Both the position numbers and the translations under genes were made by a program. A stretch of DNA of 64,000 nucleotides from NCBI GenBank assembly GCA_963791615.1, contig CAWBTE010000005.1, forward strand, positions 136,033 to 200,032, read 5' to 3'. The number at the start of each line of letters is the position of its first letter. The stretch's first letter is position 1. Under the pieces are notes generated by a model. That model was not told the DNA's origin. It saw nothing but the letters and a program-made list of their open reading frames with translations, and searched no databases. This DNA is from an uncultured Pseudomonadota bacterium (GTDB lineage: Bacteria; Pseudomonadota; Gammaproteobacteria; Steroidobacterales; Steroidobacteraceae). Positions 14,588 to 24,873 of this stretch are shown piece by piece.

Positions 14588-16595
14588 CCACAACAACCTT
14601 CCTCGTGTTTCTGCATTGGTGATCCCATATGTGATGGGTTGTTTGCTGTCTGCCTTACTGTGCAGCCAGTGCATTGCGGCTGCACCCATTCAACAACCCG
14701 CAACCGATGCGCTTGAGCCGGTGCGCGTCGCAATGCGCACCAAGAACTTCAAACGCGCCCGGGAATTGCTCGAACCACTGGCGAATGCTTCACAAAGTCA
14801 CGCTGAATATCTGCTGGGCACGCTGCATCGCGCCGGGCTGGGCACCGACACCGATCTGAAACAGGCGCGCACCTGGATAGGTCGTGCTGCCGAACATGGC
14901 GATGCTGATGCTGCTTATGCACTGGCTGCCATGCTCGTGGATGAAGAACCGGGCAACACGCAAATCCGGCAATGGCTGCAACGCGCCGCAGACAAGGGCC
15001 ATGCGCTGGCCACCAGAGCCCTCAAGGAGGGCGTGCAACCATTGCGCTTTCATCCTGAAAAGTCGCTGACCGATACCGTGGCACGACAAACTGCGTACTG
15101 GCTGGCAGCGCGACAGGATGATGCGGAACTGCTCAAGCTGTTGCAGGATGAATCGCTGTTGAAAAGTACGGATGAATTTGGTCGCAGCGCCCTGTCGCAT
15201 GCGTCACAGCAGGGGGCTGCTCGCGCGGTAATCTGGCTACTGCAATCAGGAGCCGCAGTAGATCAGCCTGATTCCTATGGAATCACTCCATTGATGCTGG
15301 CGACATCAGGCGGTCACGATGCCGTCATCACCGCACTGCTGGATGCCGGCGCCAACGCCAACCACCAGGATCGCAACAACAACACGGCGCTGATGTATGC
15401 CGCAGCCTACGACCACGCGCAGAGTGGCGAGTTGTTGCTGAACCGCGCTGCGAATATCCAGCTGCTGAATGCGCAATCCTGGTCAGCGCTGGACTGGGCA
15501 GTGCATGCCAGTTGTACGGGGCTGGTCAACAGTCTCAAGGCGCGCGGTCTGACGACAGCACGCAAAGCCAGTGTGGTCACTGATGCAATCAGCATACCCT
15601 TGCAGCATGCAGCGACTAACGACCTGTATCGAGGCTGGCCCGACCTGCTGATCGCAGCCAGCCGGTCTTCACCGGAGATGCTCACCGAAGTTGTGAAGGC
15701 CAAAGGCGTCTCGGCGGTGAGCGGCCCCAACGGCGAAACTCCCGTACTGGTTGCCGTCACATCCGGCAGTGTAACGGTGCTGGAAAAGCTGCTGGACTCT
15801 GGCGCTTCGGCGGCAGCCAGCAAGAACTGGTCAGAAAGTCCCTTGAGCTGGGCGGTGCGCCACAACCAGAGCAACATGGTGCAACTGTTATTGAACAGGG
15901 GCGTAGACCCCAATGCGTCTGGTGCATCCGAAGCGGCGCCACTGCTGGATGCGGTTCGCCACAATAGTGAATCCATGGTGAGCATGTTGCTGAGAGCCCG
16001 AGCCAGCACCGATGCGCGAGATACTTCTGATCGCACACCAGCCATGCTGGCGGCCAGCCAGAATCAGCCCCGGTTACTGACGTTGCTCATGACCGCAGGC
16101 GCTAATGCCGATGCCGTGGATAAGCAGGGTCGTAATACGTTGTGGTATGCCGCTGCAACAGGCGCCGACGATTGTCTGCGCCTGCTGCTCAACACCAGAC
16201 CCGATGTGAACAAACGCGACAAGGACGGTGTTTCTCCACTGCTGAAGGCAGCCTCTACCGGCCATGATAATACGGTCGCGCTGTTGCTTGCTGCCGGCGC
16301 CAGCATGAATGACTCGGCAGCAATGACTACCGCCTTGATGCTGGCAGCGGCGAATGGTCATGAAAACGTCGTCAAACAATTACTGGCCGCGGGTAGCAAG
16401 GTGGATGCTCAGAACAAGTTTGGCGATACCGCGCTGATGTTTGCTGTCCGCCATGGCCAGATGCAGACTGCCCGCGCATTGCTGGCGGCGGGCGCCAGTA
16501 CCGAACTACGCAACGCAGATCGCGTCTCGGCGCTGGATATTGCCGAGAAATTGCAACACAAGGACTTACTGTCAGTGCTTGCAAAGCAAGGCTAA
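14574..16595 (+). CDS. Secreted Sel1-repeat + ankyrin-repeat protein (about 13-15 ANK repeats)
   Basis: Track ORF 14511..16595. I prefer ATG 14574 (MAPHNHNNLPRVSALVIPYVMGCLLSALLCSQCIAAAP, signal-like), which overlaps the upstream stop by 14 nt; ATG 14634 is an alternative. Sel1-like segment: AEYLLGTLHRAGLGTDTDLKQARTWIGRAAEHGDADAAYALAAML. Many ANK consensus units are present (G.TPLM.A...GH..V...LL.AGA..N..D). Confidence 0.8.
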   Translation: MAPHNHNNLPRVSALVIPYVMGCLLSALLCSQCIAAAPIQQPATDALEPVRVAMRTKNFKRARELLEPLANASQSHAEYLLGTLHRAGLGTDTDLKQARTWIGRAAEHGDADAAYALAAMLVDEEPGNTQIRQWLQRAADKGHALATRALKEGVQPLRFHPEKSLTDTVARQTAYWLAARQDDAELLKLLQDESLLKSTDEFGRSALSHASQQGAARAVIWLLQSGAAVDQPDSYGITPLMLATSGGHDAVITALLDAGANANHQDRNNNTALMYAAAYDHAQSGELLLNRAANIQLLNAQSWSALDWAVHASCTGLVNSLKARGLTTARKASVVTDAISIPLQHAATNDLYRGWPDLLIAASRSSPEMLTEVVKAKGVSAVSGPNGETPVLVAVTSGSVTVLEKLLDSGASAAASKNWSESPLSWAVRHNQSNMVQLLLNRGVDPNASGASEAAPLLDAVRHNSESMVSMLLRARASTDARDTSDRTPAMLAASQNQPRLLTLLMTAGANADAVDKQGRNTLWYAAATGADDCLRLLLNTRPDVNKRDKDGVSPLLKAASTGHDNTVALLLAAGASMNDSAAMTTALMLAAANGHENVVKQLLAAGSKVDAQNKFGDTALMFAVRHGQMQTARALLAAGASTELRNADRVSALDIAEKLQHKDLLSVLAKQG

Positions 16596-16605
16596 GCAGC
16601 CCGGG

Positions 16606-17214
16606 CTATTGATCTGATACGGTAACCGCAGCGATAAAGCCATTCAGACCGAGCGTGTCGCCCCGCCACATGGCAAACATGCGCTCACCTTCCGCCATGC
16701 CAACGGGGCTCAGCGTCCAGCTGCGTGCGGTAGCCAGTGTGCGCAATTGTTGCAGCGTGACTGTGTAATACATCTGACGGGCATTGGGCGCCGGCAGGGT
16801 GAATACGGAAGTGCTGACACTGATACCTTGCTGTGTGGTGGCGCTGCGCTTGAGCAGCAACGGCTGATCGTCAGCCCACAAGGTGACGCTGGCGAAATCC
16901 GCTTCGGTTCTGGCCCACTGTTCAGCGCTGCGATCAATCGTGCTCCACAGCGTAAAGGCCAGATACCGGGTGCGTGCGCCGGAACGATTGATCTCGAACG
17001 CACCCAGCTCGACATAGTCACGCACATTCACGCCAGCGGGAAAATCCTCACGCGATAACACCAGCGAACCTGCCTGGGCGGTTATCGCTACCGCCGTGCC
17101 ACTGTCCACCCAGCTGCGCGGCGCGTCTTTCGGCGTCGTCTGGCACCCGGCCAAGCACAGGCCCAGGACCAGACCCGCCAGGGAACTCAATCGCCGTGAA
17201 CTGAAATTAGGCAT
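16606..17214 (-). CDS. Hypothetical lipoprotein
   Basis: ORF 16606..17253. The ATG at 17214 gives MPNFSSRRLSSLAGLVLGLCLAGCQT (lipobox LAGC). I recognise no family. Confidence 0.55.
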   Translation of the reverse strand: MPNFSSRRLSSLAGLVLGLCLAGCQTTPKDAPRSWVDSGTAVAITAQAGSLVLSREDFPAGVNVRDYVELGAFEINRSGARTRYLAFTLWSTIDRSAEQWARTEADFASVTLWADDQPLLLKRSATTQQGISVSTSVFTLPAPNARQMYYTVTLQQLRTLATARSWTLSPVGMAEGERMFAMWRGDTLGLNGFIAAVTVSDQ

Positions 17215-17332
17215 GGACAAATTGTGCGCAGCCAGCGAGCAAAAAGCCACCACTCATCGCAAGCGGCACGCGCTTAAGATTGCTTTGTGTCAAAATCACC
17301 ACGGTTCGGCGACTCAACTTCGGCAAGCACAC

Positions 17333-18307
17333 ATGAAACTACAACAGCTGCGCTACCTGGCTGCCGTCGCCCAGACGGGCTTGAACATCACCGCTGCTGC
17401 GGAAAAGCTGCACACTTCGCAGCCGGCGGTCAGCAAGCAACTGAAGTTGCTGGAAGACGAACTGGGCTTCAACATCTTCGTGCGCAGCGGCCGCACGCTG
17501 ACCAAAATCACGCCAGCGGGCCAGAAGGTCATCGAGCGTGCACTGCATATCCTGCGCGAAGTGCAGAACATCAAGAGCATTTCCGCCGATCTCAAAGACG
17601 AAGATCGCGGCACGCTGTCCATCGGCACCACTCACACCCAGGCTCGCTATGTGCTGCCCTCGGTGATCCAGCAGTTCCGCGCCAAGTACCCCAATGTGGA
17701 TCTGCATCTGCATCAGGGCACTTCGGAACAGATTGCAGAAATGGCTTCGCTTGATCGCATCGATGTCGCCGTCGCCACCGGCTCGCATGACCTGTTCCGC
17801 AAATATGTGCTGCTACCCTGCTATCAATGGCATCGCCAGCTTGTGGTGCCGGCAAGTCACCCGCTGGCGCAGATCAAGAAGCCGACACTGAAACAGCTGG
17901 CGCAGTATCCGATTGTCACCTATGTATTCAGCTTCACCGGTCCGTCGTCGCTGCAACAGATTTTTTCCAAGGCCGGACTCATTCCCAATGTGGCGCTGAC
18001 GGCGCGCGATGCGGATGTCATCAAGACTTATGTACGTCTTGGTTTTGGCGTCGGGATTCTGGCTGACGTCGCAGTGGATCCGAAAGAAGACCGCGACCTG
18101 GTCTCCATTGATGCTTCGCATCTGTTCCCGATCCATACCACCTGGATTGGCTTCTCACGCGATGGCGTACTGCGCCGCTATGTGTATGACTTCATGCAAC
18201 TGCTGGCGCCGCACCTCAATCGTCGCCTGGTGGATCGTGCTGGCAACACACAATCACAGGAAGAAGTGGAGGCGTTGTTTGCGGAGATTCCCTTGCCAGT
18301 GCGGTAG
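17333..18307 (+). CDS. cysB: LysR-family regulator of the CysB/Cbl type
   Basis: The in-frame ATG at 17333 gives MKLQQLRYLAAVAQTGLNITAAAEKLHTSQPAVSKQLKLLEDELGFNIFVRSGR (324 aa), with the CysB-like co-inducer domain TLSIGTTHTQARYVLP...TYVRLGFGVGILA. The upstream part of track ORF 17096.. is an artefactual extension. Confidence 0.85.
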   Translation: MKLQQLRYLAAVAQTGLNITAAAEKLHTSQPAVSKQLKLLEDELGFNIFVRSGRTLTKITPAGQKVIERALHILREVQNIKSISADLKDEDRGTLSIGTTHTQARYVLPSVIQQFRAKYPNVDLHLHQGTSEQIAEMASLDRIDVAVATGSHDLFRKYVLLPCYQWHRQLVVPASHPLAQIKKPTLKQLAQYPIVTYVFSFTGPSSLQQIFSKAGLIPNVALTARDADVIKTYVRLGFGVGILADVAVDPKEDRDLVSIDASHLFPIHTTWIGFSRDGVLRRYVYDFMQLLAPHLNRRLVDRAGNTQSQEEVEALFAEIPLPVR

Positions 18308-18416
18308 CGACTTTTTTCCGCCATTTACAACCAATTTATAACCCGGGCTCGACTGACTTTGTTACCAGCGCACTCCTAGCATATGACTCATCGTTCACGA
18401 GTCATCTGGAGTTCGC

Positions 18417-19953
18417 ATGTCATCCCGGAAATTCTGGCGCATCACCCCTCTTGCGCTTTTCCTCAGCCACGCTGCCGTAGCGCAAACCAGCGCGGAAGCA
18501 CCCAGCCTTGAACAAGCACTGGCCGAACAGGACCAGCGCATCAAGCTGCTGGAGCGCAAGCTGGAGCTGGCCAACGAGACGGCTACTGCTGCCGCTGCCA
18601 CCACGCCCGTAGTCAAATCTGCTGCCAGCGGCTTCTCGCTGAATTCGGCAGATGGCAAGAACGTGTTCAAAGTGCGCGGCACGCTGAATATTGATGGTCG
18701 CTACTTTGCCGGGTTTGATGACACCGCCAATCTCACCAACAATGTTGCCGGCACCAGCGCCTACCACTCGGCCAATGGCTTGTTGATTGCGCAAAGTTCG
18801 GCCGTATTTTGAAGGCACACTGAATGGCATTTACGACTGGCGCCTGCAGCCGGAATTCGCCGGCGGTCGCACGGTATTACTGGATGCCTATGTCGCCGCG
18901 CGTTTGAAACCCTGGGCGGTAGTGACTGCCGGCAAGTTCAAGAATCCGCTGGGACTGGAACGCCTGCAAACCGAGCAATACAACAAGTTTGTTGAATTGG
19001 GCTTCCCCAGCTCGCTGGCGCCGAATCGGGACATCGGCCTGCAATTTTCCGGCACAGCGCTGAACGGCGTACTGAGTTATGCCGCAGGTGTTTTCAATGG
19101 CGTGATTGATGGCAGTGGCTCGGAGAGCAATCCCAGTGCGGATGCCGACACGGATAACAAGCGCGAAGTGGCCGCGCGTGTGTTTGTGCTGCCGTTTGCC
19201 AACACCGACCACTACGCACTGCGCGGCCTGGGCATTGGTATTGCCGCAACCAGCGGATCGAAGAATGGTAACGCTGATATTTCCACACGCGGCACTGCAT
19301 TCGCGCCCACCACGCAGGTGGTGAGCTTCGTCAGCACCAACAGCTGGCTGCCCAGCTATCGCACCGCTACGCAGCAAACACTGTTCAGCTATCGCGGTGA
19401 CAATGCCGACACGCTGACACTCAACGAAGCCAGTTATGCGGACGGCAAACACAGCCGTTTTGCGCCACAGGCTTACTACTATGTCGGCAGTCTGGGCGTG
19501 CTGGGCGAATACACTGAATCCAGGCAGGCGGTCAGTCGTCACACCAGCACCACCGCAATACGCTCTGACACCCTGACGAACACCGCATGGCAAGTGGCAG
19601 CCTCGTGGTTTCTGACGGGTGAAGACGCCGCGTACAACAACGTCACGCCACGCAACAACTTTGCGCTGGGTCAAGCCGGCGCTGGCGCATGGGAAATCGC
19701 CGCACGTTATCAGCGACTGGATATTGATGACGAAGCGTTCGCGGGTGGTTCTGGATCGTTCGCCAATCCCGCCACTGCGGTCAGCGCGGCTATCGGCTAC
19801 AGCGTCGCCCTCAACTGGTATCTGAACCAGAACGTCCGCTGGACGCTTGAATACGATCGCACCCGTTTCGAAGGCGGCGCGGGTACGGCCGCAACCGTCA
19901 CTGACCGCAAGGATGAGAACGCCTGGGTCACCCGCTTTGCACTGGCCTTCTGA
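18417..19953 (+). pseudogene. Phosphate/anion-selective porin O/P family, split by a +1 frame break at ~18787
   Basis: ORF 18417..18812 (signal peptide, coiled-coil LEQALAEQDQRIKLLERKLE, GFSLNSADGKNVFKVRGTLNIDGRYF) and ORF 18787..19953 (RKVRPYFEGTLNGIYDWRLQPEFAGG ... TRFALAF) are the two halves of one porin. The total span is 1537 nt = 3n+1. Confidence 0.8.
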
Positions 19954-19988
19954 TCAATACCTTCAACCACTATTTTCTGGAGCACACC

Positions 19989-21008
19989 ATGTCACTCAAT
20001 CTCTGGCGCAGAACCCTGATACTGGGCATTGCGAGTACAGCAACCCTGCTGGCCATCCCGGCACAGGCAAAAAACATCGAACTGCTGAATGTGTCATACG
20101 ATCCGACCCGCGAACTGTACGACGACTACAACAAGGCCTTCAGCGCCTATTGGGAAAAGAAAACCGGTGACAAGGTCAGCGTCAAGCAATCACACGGCGG
20201 CTCGGGAAAACAGGCACGCTCGGTCATTGACGGCCTGAAGGCGGATGTCGTGACACTGGCGCTGGCTGCCGATATCGACGCCATTGCCAGCAACGCCAAG
20301 GCCTTGCCCATCAACTGGGCTTCACGTCTGCCCAACAACAGCGCCCCCTACACATCGACCATTGTGTTTCTGGTACGCAAGGGCAATCCCAAGGGCATCA
20401 AGGACTGGGGCGATCTCATCAAGCCGGGTGTCTCCGTCATCACCCCCAATCCAAAGACCTCGGGCGGTGCGCGCTGGAATTATCTGGCTGCCTGGGGCTG
20501 GGCGCTGAAACAGCCGGGTGGCAGTGAAGCCACCGCACAGGCCTTTGTGCAGAAACTGTTCAAGAACGTACCCATACTGGACAGCGGTGCGCGCGCATCA
20601 ACCACCACCTTCGTACAACGCGGCATCGGCGATGTGCTGCTGGCCTGGGAAAATGAAGCGTTTCTGTCCATCAAGGAATTTGGTGCGGACAAACTGCAAA
20701 TTGTGGTGCCCAGCGTCAGCATTCTGGCCGAACCACCGGTAGCAGTAGTGGACAAGAATGTGTTGCGCAAAGGAACCCGCGACGTTGCGACGGCGTATCT
20801 GGAATATCTGTACAGCGACGAAGGCCAGAACATTGCCGGACGAAATTTCTACCGGCCAGGCAATCCGCAGGTACTGGCGAAGTTCAGCACGGTGTTTCCG
20901 AAAATTCCGACGCTGGTGACCATTGCTGATTTCGGCGGCTGGAACAAGACGCAGGCAAAACACTTCGCGGATGGTGGCGTGTTCGACAAGATTTACCTGC
21001 CGCAATAA
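19989..21008 (+). CDS. sbp: Sulfate/thiosulfate ABC transporter periplasmic binding protein
   Basis: 339 aa with a signal peptide. It contains [51 protein letters not shown] and [13 protein letters not shown], which are typical of Sbp/CysP. Confidence 0.85.
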   Translation: MSLNLWRRTLILGIASTATLLAIPAQAKNIELLNVSYDPTRELYDDYNKAFSAYWEKKTGDKVSVKQSHGGSGKQARSVIDGLKADVVTLALAADIDAIASNAKALPINWASRLPNNSAPYTSTIVFLVRKGNPKGIKDWGDLIKPGVSVITPNPKTSGGARWNYLAAWGWALKQPGGSEATAQAFVQKLFKNVPILDSGARASTTTFVQRGIGDVLLAWENEAFLSIKEFGADKLQIVVPSVSILAEPPVAVVDKNVLRKGTRDVATAYLEYLYSDEGQNIAGRNFYRPGNPQVLAKFSTVFPKIPTLVTIADFGGWNKTQAKHFADGGVFDKIYLPQ

Positions 21009-21033
21009 CACGGCAGTAGGCGCCAATGACAAA

Positions 21034-21064
21034 GGGACGATCAGGTAGCTGATCGTCCCTTTTT
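21034..21064. terminator. Rho-independent terminator hairpin between convergent genes
   Basis: GGGACGATCAG-gtag-CTGATCGTCCC followed by TTTTT; an AAA run precedes the stem, so it could act in both directions. Confidence 0.75.
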
Positions 21065-21095
21065 ATATCGGGGATATACGGACAAGCAGTCTGCG

Positions 21096-21560
21096 TTACT
21101 TGTCGCGTTTGAATTTTGACTTCAGCTTGTCCCAGGTCCCTTGCGGACTGGTTTCAACTTTCTGTTTTGCGGCATTGGCGTACTTGCTGGCCAGCGAGTT
21201 GCTGGTGACATTGCGATTGGGCGTTTGCTTGTGCGCCAAGGCGGGATGTGTTTGTGGAGTCACGTGACCGGATTTCAGTCCTCCGGAATCGTAAGGATTG
21301 ATGCCGCCACCGGGCAACACATCCTGTTCCTGCACAGACAACTCATTCTTTTTGGTCGGCGGCAAGGTGTCTTCCAGCTTCAAGTGCTGAGCTTCGAGCT
21401 TCTTCAGACGCTGCGTGGAAACATTGCGATCGAACACACCGGTCGAGGTCTTCCATTCCCAGACCGGATTGCCGCGCGAGTCAAAAGCCACCCGCCCAGA
21501 CTCCTTGGCTTCGCCATGGCGAGGCTTTGCGGGCGGATCTTTGGGCTTGTCGTCACTCAC
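21096..21560 (-). CDS. Hypothetical basic protein
   Basis: 154-aa ORF (MSDDKPKDPPAKPRHGEAKESGRVAFDSRGNPVWEWKTSTG...). No recognisable domain. Coding-like composition, with no competing ORF of better quality. Confidence 0.5.
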   Translation of the reverse strand: MSDDKPKDPPAKPRHGEAKESGRVAFDSRGNPVWEWKTSTGVFDRNVSTQRLKKLEAQHLKLEDTLPPTKKNELSVQEQDVLPGGGINPYDSGGLKSGHVTPQTHPALAHKQTPNRNVTSNSLASKYANAAKQKVETSPQGTWDKLKSKFKRDK

Positions 21561-21724
21561 GGTGTTCTTGGCGTCTCAATGGATCAGGAGGCACACGATC
21601 CATGTGCACGAACTATAACCAAACCAGGTGCGAAAACGATCAGCCATTGACTGAACGGTTGCACTCGTCTGTGACAGCCGACACACTCGGAGTTCTTGCA
21701 GACTAAGGACTTATACGCTTTTTC

Positions 21725-23565
21725 ATGGCTGCGCATCCACCCCTATCCGGCACTCAGAACCCGCAACTCAAACGCGGCTTTCTCGGTGTGTTTGCCTACA
21801 GTGGCCGCGCCCTGGAACTGGTCTGGAGCACCAATCGCCAGCTTACGCTGGTGCTGGCCAGCCTGACCTTGATTGCCGGTGTGCTGCCGGCCGGTATTGC
21901 CTATGTCGGAGCGACTATTATTGATGCGGTGCTGGAGGCCATTCGCCTGGGTGGCAGCAGTGCATCCCGCTCGATTGTGATCGAGCGCGTGCTGCTGGAA
22001 GCAGCGCTGGTCGCCTTGCTGGCGGGTGCGCAACGCGGCCTGTCCATGTGTCAGTCACTGTTGCGTGCGCAGCTGGGTCAGCGTGTCAACGTGATGATTC
22101 TGGAAAAGGCACTGACGCTGGAACTGACCCAGTTTGAAGACAGCGAGTTCTACGACAAACTGACTCGCGCGCGCCGCGAAGCCTCACAGCGACCCTTGTC
22201 ACTGGTGATGCGCAGTTTCGGCCTGATCCAGAACCTGATCTCGCTGCTCAGTTACGCCGCCTTGCTGGTGCAGTTCTCGGTGTGGGCGCTGGCGATTCTG
22301 CTCTGCTCGGGTTTGCCTGCTTTCATGGCGGAAGCCAAGTTCTCGGGTGATGCATTCCGCCTGTTCCGCTGGCGCTCGCCGGAAACGCGCATGCAGATGT
22401 ATCTGGAAACAGTCATCGCGCGCGAAGATCACGCCAAGGAAGTGAAACTGTTTGGCCTCGGCCCGCTGCTGCTGGATCGCTACAAGCAGATCTTTCACAA
22501 GCTGTACAAGGAAGATCGCGATCTCACCGTGCGACGCGATACCTGGGGCTTCTTCCTCGGCCTGCTCGGCACCGTCGCACTGTATGGCGCCTATGCATGG
22601 ATCGCCCTCAGCACCATTGCCGCACGCATCACACTCGGCCAGATGACCATGTACCTGATGCTGTTTCGCCAGGGTCAGGCCGCCGTATCCGCCAGCCTGT
22701 CTGCGGTCAGTGGCCTGTATGAAGACAACCTGTATCTGTCCACGCTGTACGAATTCCTGGAAACGCCGGTCAGGGAGTCAACCGGCAGTCATACCCGGGC
22801 GCAAGCACTGCCGACGGCATTCGCTTCGAGCAGGTGAGCTTCACCTATCCGGGCGCCGAGCAGCCGGCGCTGATCGATATCAACCTGCACATCCGTCCGG
22901 GTGAATCTCTGGCGCTGGTCGGCGAGAATGGGTCCGGCAAGACCACGCTGATCAAACTGCTGACGCGACTGTACACACCCGGCAGTGGCCGGATTCTGCT
23001 GGATGGTGTGGATCTGCGTGACTGGGATGAAGTCGTGCTGCGGCAGCGCATCGGCGTGATCTTCCAGGACTTCGCGCGCTATCAATTGATGCTGGGCGAG
23101 AACATCGGCGCGGGCGATGTACGCCATTTCGATGATGAAGCTGAATGGCGCAAGGCGGCCGAACAGGGCATGGCCGCGCCGCTGATCGAATCCATGCCCG
23201 CTGGCTACCAGACGCAGCTGGGCAAGTGGTTCAAGGCTGGCCGCGAGTTATCCGGTGGTCAGTGGCAGAAGATCGCGCTATCACGCGCCTTCATGCGTTC
23301 GCAGGCCGACATTCTGGTGCTGGATGAACCTACCGCAGCGATGGACGCCGGCGCTGAAGCACAGATATTCGAGCACTTCCGGACGCTGACACGGCAACGC
23401 ATTGCCATCCTGATTTCACATCGCTTCTCCACGGTGCGCATGGCAGACCAGATTGTGGTGATCAAGAATGGTCGCGTGATTGAACATGGCAACCATGCCG
23501 AACTGATGCAGCTGGATGGCCACTATGCGCATCTGTTTTCGCTACAGGCGAAGGGCTATCAGTAG
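21725..23565 (+). pseudogene. Fused ABC exporter (6-TM permease + ATPase, MsbA/ABCB-like), frame break between ~22770 and 22836
   Basis: ORF 21725..22837 is the TM domain. ORF 22834..23565 is the NBD (Walker A GENGSGKTT, signature LSGGQWQKIALSRA, Walker B ILVLDEPT). The NBD frame is open upstream and reads ...ADGIRFEQVSFTYPGAEQP, the normal TMD-NBD junction. The span is 1841 nt = 3n+2. Confidence 0.8.
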
Positions 23566-23585
23566 GGGCCGGTTTAAACCGGCCC
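23566..23585 (+). terminator. GC-rich hairpin after the ABC exporter
   Basis: GGGCCGGTTTAAACCGGCCC, a perfect palindrome 1 nt after the stop. No clear U-tract. Confidence 0.4.
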
Positions 23586-23616
23586 ACATTATCGTCAGAC
23601 GTTTATCCTGATGTAA

Positions 23617-23640
23617 AGGGCGGGTTTGAAACCCGCCCCT
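23617..23640 (-). terminator. Hairpin after the minus-strand zinc-ribbon gene
   Basis: On the minus strand this reads AGGGGCGGGTTTCAAACCCGCCCTTT (stem GGGCGGG/CCCGCCC followed by TTT), overlapping the stop at 23639. Confidence 0.5.
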
Positions 23641-24043
23641 ACGACTTTTTGCCAAACAGATCGTCCAGCGCGGATCGCGCCGCAGCGATTGCATCCGCCT
23701 TATCCTTCACCTTGTCGATTGCAACGTTGTTGCTGGCCGATTGTCCTGGGCTGCTGCCAAACAGCGCCTCCAGCTGCGCTCGCGAATCTTTGCTTATCGG
23801 CACTGGCTGATACGCATCATTACGCGGACTGAAGTAGTCACAGACATTGCTGCGCTGTTTGTCTTTGACTTCCTCAGCAATGGGTTCGCGGCATTGTTTG
23901 GCCACTGCCGGCGCATGGAACACGCATAACTTGCAGACATGCAGCTCGACGCCGCAGGCCTTGCAGGCATCAAAGCGCGAGAACGGCAGGCTCAGTGCTG
24001 CGAGCGACGCGCCGCATTGCCAACATACGGGAGTATTCGACAT
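23639..24043 (-). CDS. Hypothetical zinc-ribbon protein
   Basis: 134 aa with Cys pairs CWQCG ... CKACG ... CKLC ... C. The GGCAGGGG tract before the ATG is a plausible RBS. Confidence 0.55.
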   Translation of the reverse strand: MSNTPVCWQCGASLAALSLPFSRFDACKACGVELHVCKLCVFHAPAVAKQCREPIAEEVKDKQRSNVCDYFSPRNDAYQPVPISKDSRAQLEALFGSSPGQSASNNVAIDKVKDKADAIAAARSALDDLFGKKS

Positions 24044-24654
24044 CCCCTGCCTCGAGGCTTCAGAGCCAGTTGCTGGTCATCCATCTCTGCCCGGTCTTGC
24101 AGCTGGCTGGCCAGCTGCAAACGCCGCTTGCGGGCATTTTCAGCCAGATGAATTTCATCAATCAGATCCACGCCGGCGCCCAGCAGCTCGACCAGCGAAA
24201 TCACGGTATGGCCGGCATAGAACAATTCCGCCAGTTCGATTGCGCCTTCTTCAAGCGCAGTCAATGTCGCCATGGCGCTCAGCACGCCACGATCACTCAA
24301 CAAATAGAAACGCGCCTGCTTCTGCTCGGGCATCGGGAACTGTTCGACTGGCCTGCATTCGTTCTGTAGTTGTTCCGCGACCGTCAACATCCTGAGCGCT
24401 GCCTGCCGTACATCGGGGTGCAGGCCACAGCCAATGACGCCATCACCGTCGCTGAGATAGATGCTGACCGAACCATCGATCAGGGCCACCAGCGAGACCA
24501 CAATTTCGGGATGGCCCAGTTCCATCAGCACACCCCAGATCGCGTCGTTTTCATGCGGCCTACGGCCGATGTCTTCCGGCTTGATGGCCAGCACTCCGGC
24601 GCGCAGCAATGCGGTCATTTTGGCCGGATCCAGCGGAGTTGATGGCTTGTTCAT
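23992..24654 (-). CDS. Hypothetical protein
   Basis: Track ORF 23992..24699. The ATG at 24654 gives MNKPSTPLDPAKMTALLRAG. The 3-prime end overlaps the next gene by 52 nt. I recognise no family. Confidence 0.5.
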   Translation of the reverse strand: MNKPSTPLDPAKMTALLRAGVLAIKPEDIGRRPHENDAIWGVLMELGHPEIVVSLVALIDGSVSIYLSDGDGVIGCGLHPDVRQAALRMLTVAEQLQNECRPVEQFPMPEQKQARFYLLSDRGVLSAMATLTALEEGAIELAELFYAGHTVISLVELLGAGVDLIDEIHLAENARKRRLQLASQLQDRAEMDDQQLALKPRGRGCRILPYVGNAARRSQH

Positions 24655-24873
24655 TTTTTGTTCTTGTATGGAGATGACTGACCACGAGTTTGGCGGCAAT
24701 CACCCGGCATCACAAGGGCTGACGCTGATGTGCGACTGGCAGCCTGGTTGTTTTGCAGCCAGCGCTTTCCCCAGGCTGGCACCCGTCTCATCTCCCACAA
24801 TAAATTTCCTGCCGGAAGCTCACCCCCGATCCCGGCCCGGCTATGATGGCGGCCCGATTTGCCTCCAAGAACC

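Noticed and set aside
18380-18402. ATGACTC-N9-GAGTCAT inverted repeat upstream of the porin, considered as a CysB site
   Set aside because: CysB sites are long, AT-rich and poorly palindromic. A 7-bp arm could arise by chance. There is no second copy upstream of sbp or cysK to support a motif.
23992-24043. 52-nt overlap between the hypothetical gene (24654 to 23992) and the zinc-ribbon gene (24043 to 23639), considered as another frameshifted fusion
   Set aside because: The zinc-ribbon frame is closed by a TGA only 11 codons upstream of its ATG, and it has a plausible RBS. There is no homology evidence that the two were ever one gene, so I treat this as an ordinary, if longish, overlap.
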